Source of the DNA: an uncultured Erysipelotrichaceae bacterium
Lineage (GTDB): Bacteria > Bacillota_I > Bacilli_A > Erysipelotrichales > Erysipelotrichaceae
DNA length: 32,000 bases
Reading direction: 5' to 3'
Assembly: GCA_942492995.1 (NCBI GenBank)
Contig: OW818653.1
Span: forward strand, 990,001-1,022,000
Positions 17,123 to 24,431 of this stretch are shown here, piece by piece. The notes below the pieces were generated by a model that was given only the letters and a program-made list of their open reading frames with translations, had not been told where the DNA came from and did no database searches. How positions within the stretch are numbered: the first letter of the stretch is position 1; every line of letters begins with the position of its first letter. Both the position numbers and the translations under genes were made by a program.

Positions 17123-17156
17123 AAAAGACAGATTTTCATATAACAAAATCTGTCTT
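17123..17156 (-). terminator. Terminator after rsgA
   Basis: 12-bp stem AAGACAGATTTT / AAAATCTGTCTT with an 8-nt loop. TTTT follows on the minus strand. Confidence 0.7.
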
Positions 17157-17167
17157 ATTGTATTATT

Positions 17168-18127
17168 CTATTTAATCTTCTTAATCGATTTCCGTTTACC
17201 CCATTCATTTTCATTCTGAAGTGACGTATAAAGTTTCCATCGTTCTTTATCTAACATAGAATGTTTAAGGGCATAATTAATTGCACAACCTGGTTCTGTA
17301 TTATGAGAACAATTCGTAAACTTACATTGATGTATCAATTCTGTTATATCTGAAAATGTCGTATTTATCCCATCTTCAACATTTAACATTCCTAATTCGC
17401 GGATACCTGGTGTATCGATAATTGTGACACCATTTTCTAAAACTAATAATTGTCGATAGGTTGTCGTATGTCTTCCCATTCCATCACTTTCACGTATTCC
17501 ATTCACTTCCATTATTTCTTTACCTGCGATCAAATTTACCAATGTGGATTTACCGACACCCGATGACCCTAAAAATACAATGGTTGTGTCTGGTTTTAAA
17601 TACTGATTAATTTGGTACATGCCTTCTTTCGTTACTGAACTTATCGTACAAATATCAACCTCTTTGTTTAACGCATGCACTTGATTTATATAATGTTCAG
17701 GATTATCACATAAATCTAATTTAGTCAGTACGACAACAGGTTTTGCGTTACTCTGATTACTAACACTTAAATAACGTGCTATTCGGTTGATATTAAAGTT
17801 TTGATTAAGTGATGAGACGATAAACACAATATCAAAGTTCACCGCTAATATCTGTTCCTTAACTGACTTCGCAAACACTGAACTATGACCGAGTAAATCT
17901 AAACGTGAAAATGATGTTTTACGTTCACATACCTTTTCAATAATGGATTCTCCATATGATAAATACGTAATCTCGACATAATCACCAACCACTGGAAATA
18001 ATGAATTTCCTTTATAGAACACACCTTTTAAGCGTGCTTTCACTTCTCTATTCGCATAAATAACTGTAAACAAATCACGTTGGACTTCACTCACACGTGC
18101 AATACTTAATTCTTGATTATTATTCAA
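17168..18127 (-). CDS. rsgA: Ribosome small-subunit-dependent GTPase A (RsgA/YjeQ/YloQ family)
   Basis: TTG start 7 nt after GGAGG. The GTPase order is circularly permuted: TKLDL (G4), GSSGVGKSTL (G1), DTPGIRE (G3). The C-terminal zinc knuckle is CKFTNCSHNTEPGCAI. Confidence 0.9.
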   Translation of the reverse strand: MNNNQELSIARVSEVQRDLFTVIYANREVKARLKGVFYKGNSLFPVVGDYVEITYLSYGESIIEKVCERKTSFSRLDLLGHSSVFAKSVKEQILAVNFDIVFIVSSLNQNFNINRIARYLSVSNQSNAKPVVVLTKLDLCDNPEHYINQVHALNKEVDICTISSVTKEGMYQINQYLKPDTTIVFLGSSGVGKSTLVNLIAGKEIMEVNGIRESDGMGRHTTTYRQLLVLENGVTIIDTPGIRELGMLNVEDGINTTFSDITELIHQCKFTNCSHNTEPGCAINYALKHSMLDKERWKLYTSLQNENEWGKRKSIKKIK

Positions 18128-18147
18128 TTTTTTCCTCCATTTTTACA

Positions 18148-18170
18148 CAAAAAAACTTGCCCATTGGCAA
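18148..18170 (-). terminator. Intrinsic terminator located 20 nt upstream of the rsgA start
   Basis: The minus strand reads CTTGCC aatg GGCAAG followed by T7, then GGAGG and the TTG start of rsgA. Confidence 0.6.
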
Positions 18171-18229
18171 GCTTATGTTTTATAGCACTACAAAAGGGTT
18201 CTGTACGTACCATGTACGTACTAATTAAT

Positions 18230-18262
18230 ATTATTTTTTAATCACCATTTCGAATTTTTTCA
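18230..18262 (-). other. Candidate 10-codon leader mini-ORF (MKKFEMVIKK) upstream of rsgA
   Basis: ATG 18262-18260 lies 9 nt after AAAGGGG (rc of 18272-18278), and the stop is TAA at 18232-18230. A palindrome and a terminator follow before rsgA. There is no conservation evidence. Confidence 0.25.
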
Positions 18263-18333
18263 TAATGCACAACCCCTTTCACTTCTTAATCAGAATAATA
18301 CAAAATTAGTATAAAACATTTTAAACAAGATTA

Positions 18334-18780
18334 CTATTTCTTTAAACTATTTAATTGTTCAATGATTAGATTAATCCGTTTAACGCGTGTTTCTTCTTTC
18401 TTCGATTCCACAATCTGTCTTACCATTTCTTTACGATTTGAATAGGATTGGTTTTCAAATACATCTAATACATTGCGTTCAATAAATATCTGTTTAAGCG
18501 CATCAGGTAACTCAACCGTTCGATTTGTGCCTTCAAGAATAAGCGTTACTTCAATTTCATCGCCACCTTTTAATCCACTCTTTTCTCGATGATCTTTTGA
18601 TAGTGGAATAAGAAATAAACCATTCATTGTCGCAACAGTACTTTGGTACTCATATGTCCCAATAATTACTTTAACACCAGGTTTCTTACCTGCTTGTAGG
18701 CTTTCTAAATTCTCTAATGGCACTACAATTCCTGTATTATTTCCAAATGCTTTTATGACTGTTTTAAATGTGGATTGCAT
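18334..18780 (-). CDS. DUF1905 plus YdeI/OmpD-associated domain protein
   Basis: ATG 18780 lies 6 nt after GAGGA; the track start at 18807 is an extension. The protein has GNNTGIVVP...GDEIEVTL (DUF1905), then a C-terminal YdeI-like helix bundle (SYSNRKEMVRQI). Confidence 0.7.
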   Translation of the reverse strand: MQSTFKTVIKAFGNNTGIVVPLENLESLQAGKKPGVKVIIGTYEYQSTVATMNGLFLIPLSKDHREKSGLKGGDEIEVTLILEGTNRTVELPDALKQIFIERNVLDVFENQSYSNRKEMVRQIVESKKEETRVKRINLIIEQLNSLKK

Positions 18781-18945
18781 ATGTTTTCCTCGATAAAATC
18801 TTAACACAATTTTAAATATTACTATACTATTACAATCTCACGTTTATACATGATAAATGATTAAAACTAATCGTACAGTCAATTTATTAAGGATATTTAT
18901 GGTACTGTATGAAACTGATTAGTTCAATTATTTAAGAATGTAGAA

Positions 18946-19710
18946 TCATTTTTTCTCAATGATGTTCTGTGCAAAATCAATGTTTATATTTATACCATTA
19001 CCACGAATAAAATAGGTTGTCGTAGTGGATGGTACACCATCTTTATCATAGGACATATTATGTACCTTAAATCCAGGTAATCGCTTTGGTACTCTCAAGA
19101 TTGCACAAACTTCATCACTTAGATTTTCGGCATAGATTGTACGATAATTAGACCCAAATTGAAAGCTGTATTGCATGTGTAAATTCTGTGTTAAAAATGA
19201 TTGATCAAAATCGAATTGTTCGATATTTGGGAATCGTTTTAGTGGATAGTGAAAGTAAAAATACGCTAATGGGACATCATCTGCTTCATATATACGAGTG
19301 ACTTCCAGAACTTCATCTTTTGGACCTAATCCTAAATCCCCCATTGTATTGGGATTAAAAGGTAATACCTTTTTATGTATAAGTTTAACCTTAGCCGTTA
19401 ATCCACCTTTTTCAATCAACTGAGCCATAGGTTGAATTTTTTGTAAGAAATCAAGATCAATCGTATTCTCGACTACAAATGTACCTTTACCACGGTGTCT
19501 TCGCACTAAATTTTGATCCATTAAATGATTATATGCATCTTGAACAACTGTTCTTGATATATCAAATGTAGTCATCAATTCTTGTTCAGTTGGACATTGT
19601 TCACCAGAATGTAAAATTCCTGATTGAATCATATTTTTAATCAATCGATAAAGTTGAATGTTTAAAGAAATAGACGAATCTCTATCCAATTTATAATGTG
19701 ATAAGTTCAT
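18946..19710 (-). CDS. GntR-family regulator, HutC subfamily (winged HTH plus UTRA domain)
   Basis: PTEQELMTTFDISRTVVQDAYNHLMDQNLVRRHRGKGTFV, then a UTRA-sized C-terminal domain. The ATG shares one base with the upstream TAA (TAATG). Confidence 0.9.
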   Translation of the reverse strand: MNLSHYKLDRDSSISLNIQLYRLIKNMIQSGILHSGEQCPTEQELMTTFDISRTVVQDAYNHLMDQNLVRRHRGKGTFVVENTIDLDFLQKIQPMAQLIEKGGLTAKVKLIHKKVLPFNPNTMGDLGLGPKDEVLEVTRIYEADDVPLAYFYFHYPLKRFPNIEQFDFDQSFLTQNLHMQYSFQFGSNYRTIYAENLSDEVCAILRVPKRLPGFKVHNMSYDKDGVPSTTTTYFIRGNGININIDFAQNIIEKK

Positions 19711-20450
19711 TAGTCAGCCTTCATTTCTATTAAATGCCTTGAACCTGGGAAGTATGATATTTTATGGAAACATAAATCTTCATTCTCAAAACGATGGTAG
19801 AAAATAAACTTAAACATCGCGTCGCCTTTTTCTGAATTGAATAAGGCAAGATTAAAATCATCTGCGCCAATGACATTTATTTGAATCTGCGCAACAACTT
19901 CTTCGGTTTTAAAACGATCAAGAAAGATAGTTTCAACTTCGGTACTATCTGATATCATTTCTGGTAGATTCGGATAAAGTGATTTGGGAAAGTAATAATT
20001 CTCGTAAATAATTGGTAATCGATCCGCATAGGTTACTTTCTTTATATTGTAAAAACTATCATACTTCTCATCCAGTAAACTTGGAATATCCTCACGATTT
20101 ACCAAATCAAGCATTAGTAATCTTGAACTATGTTTAAAATTAAGTTCTTTTAAATATGTTCTGTTATTTGATTGGAAGAGAAAATTAGATAAATATAAAT
20201 TACGTTTAACAAATGTCCCTCGACCTTGTTGGCGCACAATAATTCCTTCATCAATTAGTGACTGATATGCGCGACGAACAACTGGACGCGAAATATTATA
20301 GAAACTACAAAGAAGTTCCTCGGTTGGTAATTGTTGACCCTCTGTATATACATTATCCGCAATCGCATTCTTAAAATAGTTCTTTAATTGGATATAAAGT
20401 GGTTCATTGGAAATTTTATTTATCTCTAGATGTATATTCATATTGTTCAA
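19710..20450 (-). CDS. GntR-family regulator, HutC subfamily (winged HTH plus UTRA domain)
   Basis: PTEELLCSFYNISRPVVRRAYQSLIDEGIIVRQQGRGTFV, then a UTRA-sized domain. The start is TTG 20450 or ATG 20441; neither has a clear SD. Confidence 0.88.
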   Translation of the reverse strand: MNNMNIHLEINKISNEPLYIQLKNYFKNAIADNVYTEGQQLPTEELLCSFYNISRPVVRRAYQSLIDEGIIVRQQGRGTFVKRNLYLSNFLFQSNNRTYLKELNFKHSSRLLMLDLVNREDIPSLLDEKYDSFYNIKKVTYADRLPIIYENYYFPKSLYPNLPEMISDSTEVETIFLDRFKTEEVVAQIQINVIGADDFNLALFNSEKGDAMFKFIFYHRFENEDLCFHKISYFPGSRHLIEMKAD

Positions 20451-20463
20451 ATAGTAACAAATT

Positions 20464-20478
20464 TGACAATATTTGTCA
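20464..20478. promoter_or_regulatory. Perfect 6-3-6 palindrome in the GntR divergent region (candidate operator)
   Basis: TGACAA tat TTGTCA lies 14 nt upstream of the GntR TTG start. The half-site TGACAAT recurs at 20586-20592, before the divergent gene. Confidence 0.4.
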
Positions 20479-20632
20479 CATCTTTTGATGAATTATTACT
20501 TTATATTTCATTATTTCAGAAATAAAGTCATCTTATTCGAGAATTAATTGAGAATCTCTGGTAGTTTAAATTACTATCGTATTTATGACAATAATAAGTT
20601 AAGATAGTTAAGTAACTAAAAAGGATATCATC

Positions 20633-20986
20633 ATGCAAGAAAAGAAAACGAATATAATTGGCATTGTCTTAATCTCACTCTCTATTCTATTAAGTAGTTT
20701 ATGGATTGGATATTCAATTCAACACGTTAATTTAAATGATTCAAACTTTCAATCAAAATCATTAATTACCCAAGAAGAAGCTGCTGGTTATTTAAGCTTA
20801 ACACCTGAAACATTTGATGATCTTATCTTCAATGATTTAATGGAAAGAAGTAAATATACATCATATGATACCTATGCATTTCTACCATATGTAATCGTAA
20901 ATGAAAAGAAATACTTTAGTGTTGAGTTACTTGATTTATGGGTAGAGTACAATAGTTTAAACCATACAAGTTTTAAGACGAACTGA
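20633..20986 (+). CDS. Membrane-anchored protein with excisionase/MerR-type HTH-like C-terminal domain
   Basis: SD AAGGA precedes the start. The N-terminal TM is IIGIVLISLSILLSSLWIGY. It is followed by LITQEEAAGYLSLTPETFDDLI...YFSVELLDLWVEY, which resembles an HTH_17-type motif. Confidence 0.55.
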   Translation: MQEKKTNIIGIVLISLSILLSSLWIGYSIQHVNLNDSNFQSKSLITQEEAAGYLSLTPETFDDLIFNDLMERSKYTSYDTYAFLPYVIVNEKKYFSVELLDLWVEYNSLNHTSFKTN

Positions 20987-21016
20987 TACACTTCAATTTG
21001 AAGTGTATTTTATTTG
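20986..21016 (+). terminator. Rho-independent terminator after the membrane-anchored HTH-like gene
   Basis: ATACACTTC aattt GAAGTGTAT followed by TTTATTT. Confidence 0.7.
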
Positions 21017-21080
21017 AGCAATTGACTTAAATAAAAATCAAATGTGAACTATAATCGATAAAAAGAGAGGTTGATACATT

Positions 21081-21308
21081 ATGTCATTTCAAGCCTATAT
21101 CGATAATATTACTAAGATTACCAACCATACACCTGAACAAATCCGAGCTAAAGCAATTGAACAAGGAATCTTATCGGAGAATATGAAGGCAACTGTTCTT
21201 ACCGATTGGTTAAAACGTGAATTTAACTTAGGTCATGGACATGCGATGTCATTATGGAAATACTTCATTGATCATGATTGGGTTCAAACTAAGCATACTA
21301 AACTTTAA
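21081..21308 (+). CDS. DUF4287 domain protein
   Basis: 75 aa with SD GAGAGGT. It starts MSFQAYIDNI.K.T..TPEQ and ends LGHGHAMSLW, typical of the family. Confidence 0.7.
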   Translation: MSFQAYIDNITKITNHTPEQIRAKAIEQGILSENMKATVLTDWLKREFNLGHGHAMSLWKYFIDHDWVQTKHTKL

Positions 21309-21322
21309 TTATCATTATAACG

Positions 21323-21351
21323 TTGAACTAATTTAGTTTGTTTGATAGAAT
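21323..21351 (+). promoter_or_regulatory. Sigma-A-type promoter for the ABC-F leader
   Basis: TTGAAC (21323-21328), a 17-nt spacer, then TAGAAT (21346-21351). A TG at 21343-21344 gives an extended -10. Confidence 0.6.
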
Positions 21352-21381
21352 AAAAACGTTCATACAAGGAGGTGAAAGACG

Positions 21382-21513
21382 ATGTTTATGTGTTCGACAA
21401 AAAATACACTTAATAATAATGTACATCTATTTGATGCTTTTTGTCGTACAATTACGTTCAAGAATTCTTCTTTTAACAAGGGACAAGTGTCTCTAAATGA
21501 AGAAGGATGCTAA
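21382..21513 (+). CDS. Upstream ORF 1 of ABC-F leader (43 codons)
   Basis: A strong AGGAGGTG (21368-21375) sits 6 nt before the ATG. The product is MFMCSTKNTLNNNVHLFDAFCRTITFKNSSFNKGQVSLNEEGC. It could be a regulatory leader peptide or a genuine small protein. Confidence 0.4.
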   Translation: MFMCSTKNTLNNNVHLFDAFCRTITFKNSSFNKGQVSLNEEGC

Positions 21514-21515
21514 AC

Positions 21516-21554
21516 ATGAGTCTTTTACGAATAATAACCATTCGAAAGTCTTAG
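21516..21554 (+). CDS. Upstream ORF 2 of ABC-F leader (12 codons, MSLLRIITIRKS)
   Basis: The ATG lies 2 nt after the uORF1 stop and 8 nt after GAAGGAT. Its last three codons and its stop lie in the 5' arm of the terminator hairpin. Confidence 0.4.
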   Translation: MSLLRIITIRKS

Positions 21555-21576
21555 CGTTTTAGCTAAGGCTTTTTTT
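21547..21576 (+). terminator. Intrinsic terminator/attenuator inside the ABC-F leader
   Basis: AGTCTTAGC, loop gtttta, GCTAAGGCT (9 bp with one G-U) followed by T7. It ends 37 nt before the ABC-F ATG. Confidence 0.7.
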
Positions 21577-21612
21577 AATCCTTCTTCGATCTAAAAGAAA
21601 GAAGAAATTAAC

Positions 21613-23172
21613 ATGAAAATACAATTAAATAACTTAACAAAAATATATACTGAAGAAATTATTCTCGATGAATTAAACTTAGAAATTATCATTGGAGAAC
21701 ATTTAGCACTTGTTGGAAAAAATGGTTCAGGAAAATCAACTTTATTAAAAATAATCGCTGGGATTGAGAATTATCAAAGCGGATTACTTATTATCCCTAA
21801 AAACCTTAAAATCGGATATGTTAATCAATTATTCCTTCCATTTAATGGAAGTGTTTTAGATTATCTTGTGCGACCTTTCGAAGATTTGATTAATCTAGAA
21901 CTAAAGATGCGTGAATTAGAACATCGAATGGGTATTGAATATAACAATCTTGAATCGATTCTTGCCCTTTACGAGAAAGTTCAGAATCAATTTATCAGTA
22001 AAGGTGGATACGAATTAGAATCTAGAAGAGCAATGATTACGAATGGATTAGACATACAGAATTTACTTGATGTATCCTATAATCAATTATCAGGTGGTCA
22101 AAAAACACGTGTGGAACTTGCGCAATTACTCATCTCTGATTGTGATGTTTTATGCCTAGATGAACCAACGAATCATCTTGATTTACAAGGGATATTGTGG
22201 TTGGAATCATTTATTCAGAATACGAAGAAAACAGTAGTTCTTGTGTCACATGATCGTGAATTTTTGAATCAAACTGTTAAGAAATACCATGAATTAGAAT
22301 TTGGATCTATACGCACATATTATGGAGATTATGCGTCTTTTCGCGAACAGAAACGTCAAGTATTTGAACAAATGGTTTTAGATTATGAAATTCAACAAAA
22401 AGAAATACAACGAATTAAACTTATGATTCGACGCTTTAGACAATGGGGACTTGAGGGAGATAATGAGGATTTCTATAAACGCGCAAAAATGTGGGAGAAA
22501 CGTTTAGAGAACATTGAACAACTACCAAAGCCAAAAGAATATAAACAGTATCCATTTCTATTAAATGAAGCATTTAGAAGCGGCAAAAACGTCTTAAAGC
22601 TACATGATGTATGCATTGGTTATGATACCCCATTGGTTGAGAACATTAATCTAGAGGTATTTAGAAAAGATCGAATTGCGATCCAAGCACCGAATGGTTT
22701 AGGTAAGTCCACATTGATTAAAACCATCTTACAAGAAATTCCAATTCTATCAGGTACAATTACGATTGGATCGAATGTCCATTTTGGTTATTTACCACAA
22801 CTATTCCATTTTGAAGAGAACCAAACACGTTTATTAGCGTATGTGCAGTATGAATGTGAAGTTAATGAGGAAAGAGCTAGACAATACCTTGCGACATTCG
22901 GCTTTTATCAAGCAGATGTATTTAAACCATTATCTTTTTTAAGTGGTGGTGAATCGGTACGGATCAAGTTATTGGTTATGATGACTAAAAACTTTAATTG
23001 TTTAATTCTTGATGAACCAACGAATCACTTGGATGCGGAAAGTGCTGAGATTATCGAATCTACACTAAAAGAGTATGACGGGACATTAATCATAATCTCA
23101 CATGATCGATATTTCCTAAATCGTATTAGTGTCACAAACTTCTATCTTACAAATGAACAGAGAACCCAATAA
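21613..23172 (+). CDS. ABC-F family ATPase (no membrane domain; candidate ribosome-protection/translation factor)
   Basis: There are two ABC cassettes: GKNGSGKST/LSGGQKTR/LCLDEPTNHLD and APNGLGKST/LSGGESVR/LILDEPTNHLD. They are joined by a roughly 75-aa charged helical linker (EQKRQVFEQMVLDYEIQQKEIQRIKLMIRRFRQWG...). There are no TM segments. Confidence 0.9.
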   Translation: MKIQLNNLTKIYTEEIILDELNLEIIIGEHLALVGKNGSGKSTLLKIIAGIENYQSGLLIIPKNLKIGYVNQLFLPFNGSVLDYLVRPFEDLINLELKMRELEHRMGIEYNNLESILALYEKVQNQFISKGGYELESRRAMITNGLDIQNLLDVSYNQLSGGQKTRVELAQLLISDCDVLCLDEPTNHLDLQGILWLESFIQNTKKTVVLVSHDREFLNQTVKKYHELEFGSIRTYYGDYASFREQKRQVFEQMVLDYEIQQKEIQRIKLMIRRFRQWGLEGDNEDFYKRAKMWEKRLENIEQLPKPKEYKQYPFLLNEAFRSGKNVLKLHDVCIGYDTPLVENINLEVFRKDRIAIQAPNGLGKSTLIKTILQEIPILSGTITIGSNVHFGYLPQLFHFEENQTRLLAYVQYECEVNEERARQYLATFGFYQADVFKPLSFLSGGESVRIKLLVMMTKNFNCLILDEPTNHLDAESAEIIESTLKEYDGTLIIISHDRYFLNRISVTNFYLTNEQRTQ

Positions 23173-23183
23173 TTGGGTTCTCT
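23159..23183. terminator. Perfect 12-bp-arm palindrome between convergent genes, overlapping the ABC-F stop codon
   Basis: AGAGAACCCAAT a ATTGGGTTCTCT. T-tracts are weak on both sides, so it may be a bidirectional terminator or only a stabilising hairpin. Confidence 0.5.
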
Positions 23184-23494
23184 TAGCTTTTCTTAGGTTT
23201 AAGTAGACTGAATAATAATAAGCCATTTAACGCGATAGATCCAACTGCTAGGATTGTGGATGCGAGTAATAGGAAGCTATGAGAATCTAATAATACATAC
23301 CAACTTTCAGAATAAACAAGAAAGTCTGTATTCTCGATATTAAATAGAAGTGCTGTTATTGTGAGTGATAAACTAATCAATATCCCAATTGTATTAATCG
23401 TTGGTTTCGGTAATTTTAATACAAATAAAACGACTGGAATTACCCACGCTAGAATACCTACGATAAGTATTATAATACTCGAGAAAACTAACAT
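23183..23494 (-). CDS. Small integral membrane protein, unknown function
   Basis: 103 aa with 3-4 hydrophobic helices. SD GAAGGGGGA precedes the start. Confidence 0.6.
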   Translation of the reverse strand: MLVFSSIIILIVGILAWVIPVVLFVLKLPKPTINTIGILISLSLTITALLFNIENTDFLVYSESWYVLLDSHSFLLLASTILAVGSIALNGLLLFSLLKPKKS

Positions 23495-23573
23495 GCTAAG
23501 ATATCCCCCTTCAAATATAAATAAACATTCACTAATATTAAGTATACATAGTTTTAGACTGTCTTACAAAAAA

Positions 23574-24431
23574 TTAACGATTAAACGATGTGATATTATT
23601 TCGTACAAAATCTTCAAAGCGATTTGGTTCTTTTCCTGCTAGTTTTATGTAATCATTCGTTATCATTTTAGCCGTTCCCATACGCGTCATAAAATATAAG
23701 GCAACAGTCACATTGACATATGCTTTATCAAGTTTGCGCTGATTAATGTAATAACTTCGGTATTGAAGATAACTTGGTTTCGCGTAATGTATTACGCGAC
23801 CAAGTACATTGCTTAAGATTTTAGCGACTTGATGGTAATCAAGTGCTTCAGAACCAGTTAATGTGTATTTTGCGTTGATATGTTGATGAGGGTTATGCAG
23901 GATTATCGCAATTGCGCATCCAATATCAGACGCATCTATGAAACTTGTTTTACTATTCCCTGCTGGTACATAAATCATATCTTTTAACTTAATTTCTTCC
24001 GCATGAATTCCAGAGATATTTTGCATAAAGAATCCAGGTCTAATATGCACATATGGAATCCCCAATTCTTCAATCTTTTTCTCGATTTTATAGTGAGGTG
24101 GAATTGGATTCTTTTCAATCCCCATGAGTGATAAAAATGCGATTAATTTGATCGAATGTTTCTTCACTGATTCTAGAAATGGATATAAATCCGTCGGTTT
24201 ACCAAGGTGTGGTGGTCGCATTAAAAATACTCGATCAACACCTTTTAAAGCATCATCAAATGTCTCTGGTCGCGTAAAATCAAACTCGATTACTTCAACT
24301 TTTTCATTAAACATCGATCTTAGTTTTTGTGTATTCGTACCTGCCGCCACAATCGTTTCATTATAATTACTTAAATTCTGTATAATATATTGACCAACAT
24401 TACCCGATGCGCCTGTCACAAGTATTTTCAT
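23574..24431 (-). CDS. NmrA-like/atypical SDR NAD(P)-binding protein
   Basis: MKILVTGASGNVG Rossmann motif. 285 aa. The start overlaps the MarR stop (ATGA). Confidence 0.85.
   Translation of the reverse strand: MKILVTGASGNVGQYIIQNLSNYNETIVAAGTNTQKLRSMFNEKVEVIEFDFTRPETFDDALKGVDRVFLMRPPHLGKPTDLYPFLESVKKHSIKLIAFLSLMGIEKNPIPPHYKIEKKIEELGIPYVHIRPGFFMQNISGIHAEEIKLKDMIYVPAGNSKTSFIDASDIGCAIAIILHNPHQHINAKYTLTGSEALDYHQVAKILSNVLGRVIHYAKPSYLQYRSYYINQRKLDKAYVNVTVALYFMTRMGTAKMITNDYIKLAGKEPNRFEDFVRNNITSFNR

Noticed and set aside
18202-18220. GTACGTAC-cat-GTACGTAC as a repeat element or mobile-element end
   Set aside because: I noticed only a single occurrence in the window, with no flanking direct repeats or mobility genes. 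It is treated only as a possible RNA hairpin or protein-binding site.
18128-18333. Possible riboswitch or T-box upstream of rsgA
   Set aside because: I see no conserved riboswitch core (no GEMM, T-box specifier/T-loop, SAM or purine motifs). Only the mini-ORF, palindrome and terminator are reported.
20488-20547. 19-codon plus-strand ORF (MNYYFIFHYFRNKVILFEN) in the GntR divergent region
   Set aside because: It has no SD, its composition is simply AT-rich, and nothing links it to a structure.
23361-23642. 93-aa plus-strand ORF
   Set aside because: It is antisense to the small membrane protein and to the NmrA-like 3' end, with no SD.
24124-24366. 80-aa plus-strand ORF
   Set aside because: It is antisense inside the NmrA-like gene.
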